64,000 bases of DNA from positions 2,996,578 to 3,060,577 of the forward strand of contig CP136572.1 in assembly GCA_035193785.1 (NCBI GenBank), read 5' to 3'. Origin of the DNA: Planktothrix sp. GU0601_MAG3. Lineage in GTDB: Bacteria; Cyanobacteriota; Cyanobacteriia; Cyanobacteriales; Microcoleaceae. Below, piece by piece: positions 47,114 through 60,390 of the stretch (position 1 is the first letter of the stretch; the number at the start of each line of letters is the position of its first letter). The notes under the pieces are model-generated. The model saw nothing but the letters and a program-made list of their open reading frames with translations. It was not told the origin of the DNA and searched no databases. A program made the translations under genes and the position numbers.

Positions 47114-48311
47114 ATGCTGATCGAATTCAGCGTTGGTAATTATCTATCTTTTAAAGAAACTGTCACCTTCAGTCTGGTGGCATCAAAAGTTGTTTCCTAC
47201 TATAAGGAACTTGATGAAAATAATGTTTTTGACTTTGATGATGCGTTGAGGTTGGTTAAAAGTGCCGCTGTATATGGTGCAAATGCCAGTGGAAAAAGTA
47301 ACTTAATGAAAGCAATGGATTTTATGACAAGGTTTATATTAACCTCGTTTAAAGAAACCCAGATAGGAGATGAAATTGATGTTACAGAGTTTAAGCTGAG
47401 TACACAAACAGTAGATAAACCCTCTTTTTTTGAAATAGTTTTTATTTTAGATCAAAGAATCTATCGATATGGATTTGAAGTCAATAAAGAACGAGTAATT
47501 TCAGAATGGTTGTTTCATGTACCAACAGTTAAAGAAATTAATTTATTTCAGAGAAATTTTGATCAAATCGAAGTTAAAAAGCAATTTGAAAAGCAAGGAA
47601 AAGAAATTTTTGGAAGAACTCGTCCAAATGCTTTGTTTTTATCTGTTGTAGCTCAATTTAATGGGAAAATGGCTACTAATATTTCACTTCTTTTTAAAAA
47701 AAAAATTAATGTTCTTTCAGGATTGCATGAACACTTGTATCATAAATATACAATGACTCAATTCCAGAAAGACCCTGATCCGATCATTCAACTCATCAAA
47801 CGGCTAGATTTAGATATTTATGATATCGTTTTAGAATTTAATAGGATTAAAACAATTCATAAAAAGTATAATGATCAAGGTGAAATAGTCAGCTTAGAAA
47901 AATTTGACCTTAATGAAGATGAATCTGAAGGAAACTAAGAAACTCTTTGCCTTTGCTGGGCCAATTTTGGAAACTTTAACCAATGGAGAAGTATTAGTTA
48001 TTGATGAATTAGATGCTAAACTGCATCCTTTAATCACTCAGACACTGATTAATTTATTTAATTCTAAGACAACTAATCCTAAAAATGCCCAGCTAATTTT
48101 TACGACCCATGACACTAATTTATTAAGCAATAAAATCTTTAGACTTGATCAAATCTGGTTTACGGAAAAAAATAATCAAGGAGCTAGTGACCTTTATTCT
48201 TTAATAGAATATAAAGTCAGCAGTGATGCTTCATTAGAAAGCGATTATATTAAAGGTAAATATGGAGCTATACCTTTTATTGCCAATTTAGAGCAATTAT
48301 TTAATAAATAA
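47114..48311 (+). CDS. AAA_21/RloA-like ABC ATPase (+1 error at 47931)
   Basis: GNYLSFK, YGANASGKSN, repaired ESEGTKKLF, VIDELD.KLHP, FTTHD, GKYGAIP. Confidence 0.9.
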
Positions 48312-48312
48312 A

Positions 48313-49083
48313 ATGAACAAAAAAAAGTATTCCATGAAAAACAAAAAATCAATAATAAATCGTGGTTACTTAGACAGAAACAATACGGTAGAACGTCGGG
48401 GAAACCCGCGTAAAAGATTGTTAATTGTTTGTGAAGGTCGAGAAACTGAACCTAATTATTTTAATAGTTTATATAAAAATCTTAACAGAGGACATCTTTA
48501 TATTCAAGTAAGGGGAGAAGGTAGAGTTACATTAAGTTTAGTACAAAGAGCAATAGAATTAAGAAATGAAGATGGAGAATATAATGAAGTTTGGTGTGTT
48601 TTTGATCGAGACTTTAAATCGGAAAATAATAATCAACAAAATTTTAATGCAGCTATTACTCTCGCATTAAGAGAGAAAATTAGATTGGCAATTTCAAATG
48701 ATGCTTTTGAACTTTGGTATTTATTGCATTATGAGTATTATACAAGTGAAACCCATAGAGACAATTTATCTCAAAAATTGGAAGAACGACTTGGTAAAAA
48801 GTACAAGAAAAACCTTGATTTATATGAACAATATCTTAAACAACGTCAACAAACAGCCATCAGAAATGCAGAAAATCTATGGAAAGATATTTCATCGGAT
48901 ACAACAAAAGCAATTTATTTTGATAAACAGCACCCTGAACAATTCCTTGAAATAACAGATAAGTTAATTCATAAACTCACTCAACAACATAATATTAATC
49001 CATCAACAACAGTATATAGTTTAGTCCAAAGATTAATCTATCTTTCTGAGAATGATCAAACCTCTATGGCTTCTGAAACTTGA
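48313..49083 (+). CDS. RloB-family (TOPRIM-like) protein
   Basis: LIVCEGRETEPNYF, WCVFDRD, SNDAFELWYLLH, NPST. Confidence 0.9.
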   Translation: MNKKKYSMKNKKSIINRGYLDRNNTVERRGNPRKRLLIVCEGRETEPNYFNSLYKNLNRGHLYIQVRGEGRVTLSLVQRAIELRNEDGEYNEVWCVFDRDFKSENNNQQNFNAAITLALREKIRLAISNDAFELWYLLHYEYYTSETHRDNLSQKLEERLGKKYKKNLDLYEQYLKQRQQTAIRNAENLWKDISSDTTKAIYFDKQHPEQFLEITDKLIHKLTQQHNINPSTTVYSLVQRLIYLSENDQTSMASET

Positions 49084-49190
49084 AACTATTGGCTACAGAT
49101 TATACTCAATAATGGATAAATATGATTAATTTTTTTTCATTGATTTCCTTATTTTGTGTTAGGTTTTGTTAACAATATCTACCTAAAAAC

Positions 49191-49410
49191 TTAAATTTTA
49201 GCACCCGCTACTAATTGAGCAACTAATGGTTGATCTGTTGATAACTGACTCACAGCTAATACAGAAAACCCTAATAAATTTCCGGCTTCATCCACTCGTT
49301 TCCATAATCGCATCATTATCGGTTTCTCGCATATAACCCGGTTGATCCGAAAATAAAACTTCTAAAAAATCGCCTTCTTTATCAAAATAAACTTTTACAG
49401 TTGAGGCCAT
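49191..49410 (-). CDS. DUF2283-like small protein (+1 error at GTTTC 49298; absent from the ORF track)
   Basis: Repaired: MASTVKVYFDKEGDFLEVLFSDQPGYMRETDNDAIMERVDEAGNLLGFSVL...; AGGAG RBS. Confidence 0.75.
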
Positions 49411-49451
49411 AGTTTATCTCCTGATTCTATGCTAAATCTCAGAATATAAAA

Positions 49452-49478
49452 AGCCCCTCTCCTAAACGGGGAGGGGTT
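49452..49478 (-). terminator. Terminator after alaS
   Basis: AGCCCCTCTCC-TAAAC-GGGGAGGGGTT with adjacent A run on the + strand. Confidence 0.7.
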
Positions 49479-49486
49479 AACTTAAC

Positions 49487-52175
49487 TTATTTCAACCCAT
49501 CAACTAACTGCATTTTTGCACTCTCTAACGCTGCTTTTAACTGCGTCGCATCCCGACCGCCAGCTTGGGCTAAATTCGGACGTCCGCCGCCTCCACCGCC
49601 GCAAATTTTAGCAATACCGCCGATAAATTTACCCGCTTGTAAACCTTTATTATTAACAGCTTTACTAAACGCTGCCACAAAATTAACCTTACCATCGGTT
49701 GTCGCTGAACCCAAGACAACGGCACTTTCTCCTAACTTTTGTTGTAGCCTTTCTGCGGCGGTTTTTAAGGATTCTGCATCGGCATCATGGAGTTCTGCTA
49801 CAATTAATTTAAACTCACCAATGGTTTCAGCAGAGGTTAATAATTTTTCGGAATTGGCGATCGCTAATTCTGCTTTAACTGCTTCTAATTGTTTCTGAGT
49901 TGCTTTTAACTCCTGTTGTAAATTATTAATCCTGTCTGGTAATTCTTCAGGTTTAGCTTTAAAGCGATCGCCTAACTCCTTAACCACCGTATCCCGCACT
50001 TTCAAATACTCTAAAACTGATTGTCCGGCTACCGCTTCTATCCGTCGAATTCCTGATGCAATACCCGTTTCCGAAATAATCTTAAATAGACCAATTTCGG
50101 CGGTATTACTAACATGAATTCCCCCGCATAATTCCATCGAAACCCCGGAATAATCAACCACCCGCACAATATCAGAATATTTCTCTCCAAACATCGCGAT
50201 CGCACCTTTAGCTTTAGCCGCTTCAATCGCCATTTCTGCAATTACGGCGGGATGGGCTTCGGTGATCCAACTATTAACTTGATCTTCAATTTGTTGCAAT
50301 TCTTCAGCAGTTAACCCCCGGGGAGAATTAAAATCAAATCGTAACCGTTCAAAATCAACTAAAGAACCCGCTTGAGAAATAGAGGAATCTACTATTAATT
50401 TTAACGCTGATTGTAACAAATGGGTAGCGGTATGATTAGCTTGGGCGCGACGACGACAGCCGCGATCAATTTGGGCAGTTAAGGTCATTCCTGGGGTAAC
50501 TATTCCCCGTTCAATGCGTCCGAAATGGATGAAAATATTGGATTCTTTTTTAACATCTTCGATCTGAATTACGGTATCCCCATAACTCAAATAACCGCGA
50601 TCGCCAACTTGTCCCCCAGACTCGGCATAGAAGGGAGTTTTATTCAAAATTACTTGAATTTCTGTTCCCGCTTCTGCTGTTTCTACGGGTTTTCCATTCA
50701 CTAAAACCGCTTCCACTTTGGCATCAGATGTTAATAACGTATAGCCTAAAAATTCCGTGGGGTGAATATGTTCTGCTAATTGATCTAAACTTCCTTGGAC
50801 AGTTAAATCAATGGTTTCATGGGCATCTTGAGAACGGCGGCGTTGTTCTTCCATTGCCGTTTCAAAACCTTTAATATCAACGGTTAACCCATTTTCTTCG
50901 GCAATTTCTTGGGTTAATTCTAGGGGGAAACCGTAGGTGTCGTATAAGACAAAGGCATCTTGACCGGAAATTTCACCCCCCTGACTAATGGGGGAAGTTG
51001 TAGCCTCCCCTTTGCTAAGGGGGAGGTGGGAGGGGGTCGCCTTTTCCATAATTTCTACTAACAGTTTTTCCCCCCGTTCTAAGGTTTCCAAGAAACGGGT
51101 TTCTTCCCTCTGTAATTCTGCTTTAATTGCGGTTTCCCGTTGACGCACATTCGGATAAATAGCTTCTGATAATTGCATCGCAGTTTCAGCGACTTGGGTA
51201 GTAAATTCCTGATTAATTCCAATTAACCGACCGTGACGCACCACCCGCCGAATTAAGCGCCGGACAATATAACCCCGGCCAATATTAGACGCCGTAACTC
51301 CATCAGCAATTAAATGCACAACCGCCCGAATATGATCCCCAATAACTTTTAGAGAAACCTTGGTTTTATCATCGGATTTGTGATAGTCTATTTGGGCAAT
51401 TTCCGCCGCGGTTTTAATAATTGGAAAAATTAGATCGGTTTCATAATTATTAGGAACTTGCTGTAAAATTTGCGCCATTCTTTCTAACCCCATGCCCGTA
51501 TCAATATTTTTATTCTGTAATGGGGTTAAATTACCATCATTATCTCGGTTATATTGCATAAATACTAAGTTATAAAACTCAATAAACCGAGAATCATCCT
51601 CTAAATCAATATTCTCCTCGCCGCGTTCCGGGTGAAAATCATAATAAATCTCTGAACAGGGGCCACAGGGGCCAGTGGGGCCAGATTTCCAGAAATTATC
51701 CGCTTCTCCCATGCGTTTAATGCGTTGGGGAGATACCCCAATTTCGTCCCGCCAGATGGCAAAGGCTTCGTCATCTTCCTCGAACACACTCACTACTAAA
51801 CGTTCCGGGGGTAACTCAAAAACTTTTGTAGAAATTTCCCATCCCCAAGCGATCGCTTGTTGTTTAAAATAGTCTCCAAAGCTGAAATTGCCCAACATTT
51901 CAAAAAAAGTATGATGTCTGGCCGTTCTGCCGACATTTTCAATATCATTAGTACGGATACACTTTTGGGAGGTGGTGGCGCGGGGAACTTCCGGTTGTCG
52001 CTGTCCTAGAAATATCGGTTTAAAGGGTAGCATCCCGGCAATAGTTAACAACACCGTCGGGTCTTCGGGAAACTAAAGAAGCACTAGGCAGAATTTTATG
52101 CCCTTTTTCGGCATAGAAGTTGAGAAACTTTTGACGAATTTCGCTACCTGTGGAACACTTGGGAGAAAAAGTCAT
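49487..52175 (-). CDS. alaS: Alanine--tRNA ligase (+1 error at GAAAC 52069)
   Basis: Repaired [49 protein letters not shown]. Confidence 0.99.
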
Positions 52176-52216
52176 AATATTCACCGTAAAAAAATTAGAC
52201 CAACCTTTTACAATAA

Positions 52217-53689
52217 ATGAAAGATCAAATATTGCATCGAATCATTCCTATTTTAATTGTTAGTTTGTCTGCCTTGGGGGGTGTGGTCGGGGGAATTTTT
52301 TTTCGGCAAACGGTCATTGTTGAACGTTTTCCTACCCTTCTGCCTCGGTTGCCCTTTGCCAATGCCTTACCTCCCCAGGAAATTATTGCCCAGAATGAAG
52401 TTCGCCCCTTACCCGGGAAACTGGATGAGGTGTTAATGTTTAATAGCAATAGTCCAGAATGGGTGAAACAGGAAGGAATTTTACTTTCAACCTTTCCGGG
52501 GGGATGGCGTGGTGATCCCGAATCTCATTTAGAATATCGTTTAACTGGAGAATTTGAGGTATTTGCTCATCATTTTACCCACACTCCCCCGGATTTAAAA
52601 ACCTTATATTTGGGATTGATGGTTCATAATCCCGATAATGAACCTGTGACCGTTGAAATATTGCAAGCGGCTAGTTATTTATTGGAGCCGGATGCTCCTT
52701 TTAAAGAAAAACCTGCCATGAGTGATAATGCTAACGGTGAGATTTATTCTGGGCCAGGAATTCGGGCCGTTGATGATGTGTTAAGGGGAAAGCGAGCGTC
52801 GGAATTTCCTAAAACCTTGGAAATTGGCCCCGGTGAAACTCAAATGTTAATGAATTTGCCTATCCCGGTGCAGGGGCTAAAACGTCCGGTGAATGGGCGT
52901 TCTACCCTTACGCGCCTAAAAGTCCGGGGTCAAAGCGATGATTCTCCCCCGGCCTCAATTTATATGGCTAGTTTAGCTCAATATGCGAAAATGCAGCCCG
53001 ATGGCAAGGAGCGTGCGCCAACTTTAGAGGAATGGCAACAGTTACTTGATTATGGCAGTTTAGCACAACCCCGCGACAAAATTCCCACTCCTCCAGAACA
53101 AATAGGAGGTCAGTTAATTTATAGTCGGGTTGCGGGTGTTCAAAAAGGGGCAAAATGGGCGGTAGATTTAGTTGATGAGGGTAAAGATTTTCTGACTATT
53201 CCTGATAGGGGAAAGGGAATTTCTTTTCCTATTAGTACAGTTAGGGCGGGAACATTAGGAACAAAACAAGTGCAAGCCGCGCCATTAATTGTTCGTTATC
53301 CTGATACGGCCTATGAATCCCATGGCAATTATGGGGTACATTATGATTTACAGATTCCGTTATTAAATACAACGGATGAAACCCAAAAGGTAACGGTTAC
53401 TTTGGAAACTCCATTCAAGGAAGAAAAGTTATCGAAAAATGGATTAATTTTTAGACAACCTCCCGTAGATTTTCCCTTTTTTCGAGGCACAGTTAGGTTA
53501 AGATATGAAGATGAACAAGGAAAAACGGTGATCAAATATCTCCATTTATGGCATCGTCGAGGGCAAATTGTTGACCCGTTAGTTGAATTAAAATTAAATC
53601 CGAAATCCTCCCGTTTTGTTAGGGTTGATTTCCGTTATCCTCCCGATGCGACACCCCCCCAAGTTATCACCGTGAAAACCTTAAATTAA
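52217..53689 (+). CDS. DUF3370-family protein (intact paralog)
   Basis: MFNSNSPE, EGILLSTFP, HGNYGV, YPPDATPPQV. Confidence 0.85.
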   Translation: MKDQILHRIIPILIVSLSALGGVVGGIFFRQTVIVERFPTLLPRLPFANALPPQEIIAQNEVRPLPGKLDEVLMFNSNSPEWVKQEGILLSTFPGGWRGDPESHLEYRLTGEFEVFAHHFTHTPPDLKTLYLGLMVHNPDNEPVTVEILQAASYLLEPDAPFKEKPAMSDNANGEIYSGPGIRAVDDVLRGKRASEFPKTLEIGPGETQMLMNLPIPVQGLKRPVNGRSTLTRLKVRGQSDDSPPASIYMASLAQYAKMQPDGKERAPTLEEWQQLLDYGSLAQPRDKIPTPPEQIGGQLIYSRVAGVQKGAKWAVDLVDEGKDFLTIPDRGKGISFPISTVRAGTLGTKQVQAAPLIVRYPDTAYESHGNYGVHYDLQIPLLNTTDETQKVTVTLETPFKEEKLSKNGLIFRQPPVDFPFFRGTVRLRYEDEQGKTVIKYLHLWHRRGQIVDPLVELKLNPKSSRFVRVDFRYPPDATPPQVITVKTLN

Positions 53690-53750
53690 CTCCCCCGTTG
53701 TTGGGCTTTAGCCTTTTTTCCTTGGGGGCTTGGTCGGAAGTCCTATTCTA

Positions 53751-54365
53751 TTAAATAACTCCGGCTTGAAATATTTGTTCAGCCGTTAAATTTAACTCTG
53801 GAAAAACCAAGGACTGAATACATTCATTTTCTCGAAATTGAGTAACTTGGTATTCTCCATCGACTAAAAAGTAAACAGAAATAGTTGGTTTTTTGGGATT
53901 ACCAATAAATTTACGAGCACCCAGGGCTAGAGAATCTACAATCCAATATTCAACAATTCCAATATCTTCGTACTCCCCATATTTTTTATAATAATCATCC
54001 CGCCAATTAGTGCTAACGACTTCAATCACTAAGGGAATAGACTTACCCAAAGTTACAGTAGACTCTTTCTTCCAAAAGGGTTCATTCACTAAATGAGAAC
54101 GATCCAATAATAAGATATCTGGTGAATAAGCCGACTCACTCGAAGCTGATTTAACCAGTGCCGTTTTCGGAATGGAATAAGGGAGATGTAGGCGCACATA
54201 TTCTAAAGTCAGCTTTTCAGCTAAAAAACCCACAATATTTTCATGTTCTCCCGTCGGTTGTGGCATTTCAATAATTGCTCCTTGATGGAGTTCATAGCGT
54301 TTGTTATCCGGTTTCCACTGGATAAATTCAGAAAAATTTGTTGGCTTTGGTAAGGATTGAACCAT
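53751..54365 (-). CDS. Uma2-family (DUF820) protein
   Basis: RYEL..G.IIEM, PDI, VIEVVSTNWRDDY, EYWIVD. Confidence 0.92.
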   Translation of the reverse strand: MVQSLPKPTNFSEFIQWKPDNKRYELHQGAIIEMPQPTGEHENIVGFLAEKLTLEYVRLHLPYSIPKTALVKSASSESAYSPDILLLDRSHLVNEPFWKKESTVTLGKSIPLVIEVVSTNWRDDYYKKYGEYEDIGIVEYWIVDSLALGARKFIGNPKKPTISVYFLVDGEYQVTQFRENECIQSLVFPELNLTAEQIFQAGVI

Positions 54366-54498
54366 AATTTATAACAATTGCAAGAGATAACCGCCTGGAT
54401 CAAAATGGTAAAACCGTGAACTAATTTTCAAGTTGTCGGCGTTGTTGTTGGGCCGATGCCCTCTTTTATTAGGGGTAAAAGTCCAATAACTACAAAGA

Positions 54499-54748
54499 TT
54501 ACTTTTCAGCCTCTTGAGGCGTAGATTGTCGAACTAACTCAATGGTAGAAACCAAAAATAAAACCCATGGCGGCGCCGGCGAGGGCGTAAGTCCGAGGCG
54601 CCCGCGATTGACTATAACCCAGGTCTACAGAAGGGCCAATATTACAGCACTGATATTGTTTCTCGCTATATTTGGAAACTCCTAATCCAGCAATTGTACC
54701 GACCAACATCATCACCATACCCGATAACATAATCAGTCGCATATTCAT
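54499..54748 (-). CDS. Small two-TM hypothetical protein (probable +1 error at 54548)
   Basis: Two hydrophobic segments; repaired end FGSTIELVRQSTPQEAEK*. Confidence 0.6.
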
Positions 54749-55019
54749 AACAGCCTTCCTGGGATCGCCCTAAATATAATTTGTTTTAAAATAACTCTAT
54801 ATCCTAAAATTAGCCCCAATTTTCCGTTTTTGAAAGGTATTTTTAACCTTGTTTACAAAAGTTTAAAAAAGTTGATGTAATTTGTAGAATTTTCTAGGCT
54901 TAATCCTTGATTAATCAGGGTTTACCGGGTTTATATACAATGCTGATATATTCAACTGATATAGTTAAAATTCTAAGTTTCGACGGAAATGGAAAAGTGA
55001 CCAAGCGAACAATCATAGA

Positions 55020-56304
55020 TTAGGTATTCATCCGCTCATAAATGGCAGAAGCAGCCGGAGAATAACGGGTGAGGTAACTAAAAATCCAGAATTTGATACA
55101 GGAATCAATAATTACGGGAAACCGTGGCAATAAAAGTATTAACCGCTACCCTACTTTCAGGGAGTCCAAAATGAGCGATCACACCTTCTAATAAAACTTC
55201 CCATCCTTCGGCGGAGTGAAAGCCCACAAACATATCCGTAATTAAAATAAATAAAAATACTTTCAAAGGATCACTCAAATTCAAGAAAGTTCGATTAGAA
55301 AAACTTCTTAATATTGTGATTTTAGTTCGATTAAAATAAACTAATCCCACAAAGGCAAGTAAAGCCACACCATCGGATAAAACATTTTTTAATCCATTCA
55401 AGGCACGATTACGAGATTCGCGCCAAATTTCGGTGGCTTTTTCTGATAATTTTTCTTCTTTTTCTTCCTCAGAAAGTAGTGGTTTTCCTGATAATAATTG
55501 TTTGATTTCTAAACCTTCTTTGAAAAAAGAATACTCCTGTAAAAACTCCTCCTGAATCGCAGAACTAAGTTCAATTTTAGTGGGATTTTTGTCACTATAA
55601 TTTCCCATTAAAGGGCTAAAAACTATATTTTTTACGGCAACCTGAACTAACAAAGGAATCAAGAATAAAATCAAAATCCAACGCCTAGCCACCTGATCTT
55701 GGCTGCGTCTAATTCTTAATTCTTGAACTACCTGTTGCTCATAGTCAGGTTTAACTTTATTTCCCCCAAACCATCCCCAACTCAACCAATTATTTTGGGG
55801 TTGAGGTGTAAAAATAGAGGTCGCCGATATAATTGGAGCATCTAGGGTACGGGCGCTGGCAGATTCATTATTTTCTTGTTTTAATTCTTCTGGAGTTAAC
55901 CCGATTGGTGTTGAGGTATGGGCTAAACTATTAATCAGGGCATCCTCGGATTCGTCCCGATATTTTTTGATCACCCCATCAATAAAATCGAGCTTTTCGA
56001 TAATTTCAATTTCGGGAATACCAACGGATTGAAATGTTTGTTCCTGGGATAAAGATTGAGGATTCCATAAAAAACTATTCAACTTGAATTGACTCAAATT
56101 GAAGCGAATTTTTAAGAGGTGGCGATCGCGTAAACTTTTAACATAATCAACCACCGTTTTTTTAGATTCAAGACGATACCCAATCGGATTACCCTGAAAA
56201 TATTTATCTTCGAGGGCTTGAATTTCTTGGGCACTTTGATAAGCGGATTCTAAGAGTTGAATTTGTCTTTGATTCCACCAATGATTAAATCTATTGAGAT
56301 TCAT
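55020..56304 (-). CDS. CemA/PxcA-family proton extrusion protein (+1 error at 55118)
   Basis: FILITDMFVGFHS.EGWE; repaired ATVPVIIDSCIKFWIF.YL.R.SP. Confidence 0.9.
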
Positions 56305-56316
56305 AAATTCTCCAGA

Positions 56317-56914
56317 TCAATCAACACCACAACTAATTAAACGGGCAATAAAATAAACTTCCATTTTTGCTCCGTAGGGCGATCGCCACCACCCGGACGG
56401 ATGACAACCCACGGGAGCTTCTGAACTAAAATCAAGATCTTCATAATCTAATAATTTATTATTGACACTCCATCCAAATTGAGCCTCCATTGCTTGTAAA
56501 ACTTTCATATCAATATCAGAAATATCATCGGTTTCCCCCCAAACTGGTATAAATTTGTTGTTGAACACTAAAGCCAAAACGATCTTTACTGTAGCTCATC
56601 CACAGTTGATCCAGTAGGCTTAATGCACTACAGGGAAAATTCATCACTTCATCAGGAATAATATTTTCCAGACTGTTTTTCCCCATAATTTCTAACATAA
56701 TTCTTGTAGTTTCCTCATCGGCAGCTTTCCAATTTTCGGCTTCTAAAAAATCCCGTAATTTTTGGTATCGGTATACATCCGTTAATAATAATAACGCCTT
56801 ATCTAACTTCTGTTCTAAGCGTTCAATGCGTTCGGATAAAAACTCTAAACTCAAAGGTTGAGATTGAGGTTTAGATCCTTTTGGTTGTTGTGGTGGTAGA
56901 GATTCGTTTGACAT
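56317..56914 (-). CDS. GUN4-domain protein (+1 error near 56531)
   Basis: YQKLRDFL...WKAADEET, FPC, LW..YSKDRFGFSVQ, APVGCHP. Confidence 0.85.
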
Positions 56915-56986
56915 ATTTTGTAGATATAAAAGGGCATAGGTAATAGGCTATGGGCTGAAGGCTCATTCAACCCCAGCGCCTATAAC

Positions 56987-59900
56987 TTATGATAATTTAG
57001 GATTGACTGGCTCACTACTATCTTGTTGGATAGAACCATTATCCGAGGAGGGCGAAGTCTCAGAAGTTTTACCCGGGGAATGCTGATTTTCCGGGGGAGA
57101 GGGGGGTTTATTTTTATCCGATTTATTGTTATTAGATTTATCGGATTTTTCCCCTTTCAGAAAACGGGCTTCCAGGGTTTTAATAGTAATATACAGGTTC
57201 GGTGTAATTAACAAACTTAACACGGTTCCCGCCAACAAACCCCCAAAAATTGCCGTTCCCAATGACCAACGACTACTAGAACCCGCACCGGAGGCAACCA
57301 CCAACGGCCAAAACCCAATTAAACTAGAAATCGCCGTCATTTGAATCGGTCGGAACCGTTGTTCCGCCGCTTGAATTGCCGCCTGGGTAATACTCAAGCC
57401 CTTGTCCCGCAGTTGGTTAGCAAACTCCACAATTAAAATAGAGTTTTTAGAAGCCAAACCAATCAACATCACCAGGGCCACCTGCACATAGACATCATTG
57501 GTGATCACCGGCCAGACCGTCCCTTGCATCAGGATATTTGACCGGAAACCAAACCGCGGCCATCGCCCCCAAGACCGCCAGAGGCACGGACAACATAATA
57601 ATCGTCGGATCGATATAACTTTCATACTGGGCCGACAGCACCAGAAATACCATGATAAAAGCTAATCCGAAAATTAGAACAGCCGAACCCCCGGAGGATT
57701 TTTCCTCTAGGGCGCTTCCCTGCCAGGAATAATCAAAACCGGGGTCTAAGACCTCAGCGGCTAATTTTTCCATTTCGGCGATCGCTTGGCCCGTACTGGA
57801 GCCGGCGGCGGGGTTGCCTTGAATTAGCATGGAACGGAAAATATTAAAATGGTTAATGGTTTCCGGCCCCACAAAATCCGTGAGTTTCACCAAATTACTC
57901 AGAGCAATCATCTCGCCGTCTTGGGAACGCACATATAACTGAGAAATATCTTCGGGTCTGGCGCGAAATTCTGGGGAAGCCTGGGCATAAACCCGATATT
58001 GACGCTGACCCAGGACAAAATCATTCACGTATGATGACCCTAAATAGGTTTGTAGCGTGCCAAAGATATCATTAATATTGACATTTAGGGCCTTGGCGCG
58101 ATCGCGTAGAACCTCCACCCGCTTCTGAGCTTTACTGGCTGAAAACTGACTAAATACCCCGGCGAAAGTCGGGTTGGCATTAGCCGCGGCGATTAAACGA
58201 TTACCATTTTCCACTAAGGATTGAATTGGTAAAGTCCCCGTTGTATCTAATAACTGAAATTCAAAGCCTCCGGTGGTACTCAAACCCTGTACCGGGGGCG
58301 CATTCACCGCGAAGGCTTGAACTTCAGGAATCGATTGTAAAGACCCATTTAATTTTCTTAAAACCCCATAAACCGATTGTTCCGGGCTCTGGCGTTCTTC
58401 CCAGTGTTTCAGTAACACAAAGGCGATCCCTTGACTGGGGTTTTGTCCCTCAAAACCAAATCCCGGCACCACAAAGGCACTTTCAATTTCAGGAATGGCT
58501 AAAACCCGATCCACAATTTGCTCCGAGGCCTTAGCGGTATAGTTGAGGGACACCCCATCGGGAGTCCGAAACAGAATCAACAGATAGCCCTGATCTTCTT
58601 CGGGAACAAATCCCGAGGGTACAAGTTGATAGACCAACACCGTGGCCACTAACCCCGCCACGAATACACCCATAACTAAGGCATTAATCCGGGTTAAAAA
58701 GGTAATGAATTTACGATATCCTTCCTGTACCCAACCAAAACCCTGATTAAATCGATCAAAAAACCATCCTAAAGGCCCGTGGCTTTCCTTCTTGGGGCGG
58801 AGTAATAACCCGGCCATACTGGGGGAAAAGGAAAGGGCGTTAAAGGTAGAAAACACCAGGGCAAAAATAATCGTCATGGCGAATTGCCGATAAATCGCCC
58901 CGGTAGTTTCCTGGGAAAAAGGACACGGGAATAAAAACTGCCATCAACACCACCGAAGTGGCAATGGTCGCCCCGGTGAGTTCCTGCATGGCATCTAAAG
59001 CCGCTTGACGGGCTTTCATCCCCTGTTCAATTTTGATCGAGACAGCTTCTACAATCACGATCGCATCGTCCACCACTAACCCCGTTGCCAAGGTACAAGC
59101 AAATAGGGTTAAGGTATTGAGTTCAAAACCAAAGACTTTTAACCCGGCCATGGCCCCGATTAGGGCTACGGGAATGGCAATGGAGGGAATTAAGGTGGCC
59201 CGCCAGTCCTGTAGAAAAATAAAAATCACCAACACCACTAAGCCCACGGCCATCAGTAAACTGATCACCACTTCCTCAAGGGACACCTTAATAAATAGAG
59301 TCGTATCATAGGCAATCTGGTTTTTGAGTCCCGGGGGGAAACTTTTGGCCATTTCCGCAATTTTGGCTTTGATTTGATCGGAAGTTTCTAAGGCATTACT
59401 TCCGGGTAATTGATAAATCCCTAAACCCGCAGAGGGTTCTCCGTTAAAGGTGGCTGCTAGATCGTAGCTTTCCGCCCCTAATTCCGCCTTTCCCACATCC
59501 CGAATGGTAATTAAACTACCATCACTATTGGTTTTTAGTACCAGTTGTTCAAATTCTTCCGCCCCCCGCAGCCGACTTGTGGCCTGTAGGGGAATTTCAA
59601 ATAGTTGATCGGGGGGAGTGGGTTGTTGACCAATTTTTCCCGCCCCGACTTGGACGTTTTGTTCGCGTAAAGCTGCGACTACATCCTGAGCCGTTAACCC
59701 CCTGGCGGCCATCCGAGGCGGATCGAGCCAGAGTCGCATGGCATATTTCCGTTCCCCAAAGATTGTTACCTGACCTACCCCTGGAATTCGACTAATTTGG
59801 TCAACAATAAACAGATCAATATAGTTACTAATAAAGGTGGGATCGTAGAGGGGTTTTCCCGTTTCATCTTTGTCGGAATAAAACCCGATCACCAGGAGAA

Positions 59901-60316
59901 TATTGGGCGATGACGCTTGAAACCGAGAGTCCGGTTTGCTTGACAACATCAGGTAAATTAGATTCGGCTTGGGCCACTCGGTTTTGGACGTTCACCTGAG
60001 CAATATTCCGATCCGCATCATTGGGAAAAAACACCGAAATATTGCTGATGCCGTTATTGCCCGTACTAGAGGACATATATTTCATCCCCTCCACCCCGTT
60101 GATTTCTCGCTCGATGATGGTGGTAACGGTGGTTTCGGTGGTTTCCGCATCCGCCCCAATATTAAACCCGGTAACGCTAATTTGGGTATTCGCCAGGTTG
60201 GGGAGTTGGGTAATCGGCAGCAGGGGAACCGAGATAGCCCCGATCAAAATAATCAGGATACTACAGACCGTCGTTAGGACGGGTCGTTTAATAAAGGTTT
60301 GAACAAACAGAAGCAT
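56987..60316 (-). CDS. HAE1/AcrB-type RND efflux permease (+1 errors at 57545, 58906, 59919)
   Basis: FIKRPV, GLVVDDAIVIVE, PEEDQG, KNSILIVEFA, RFRPI.MT. Confidence 0.95.
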
Positions 60317-60390
60317 AGCAATCTTCTCAGGGGTTGGCAGTTAGTGGGGTTTGGCAATTAACGAGGTTCACGGAATCGGTGTTTTCTCAT

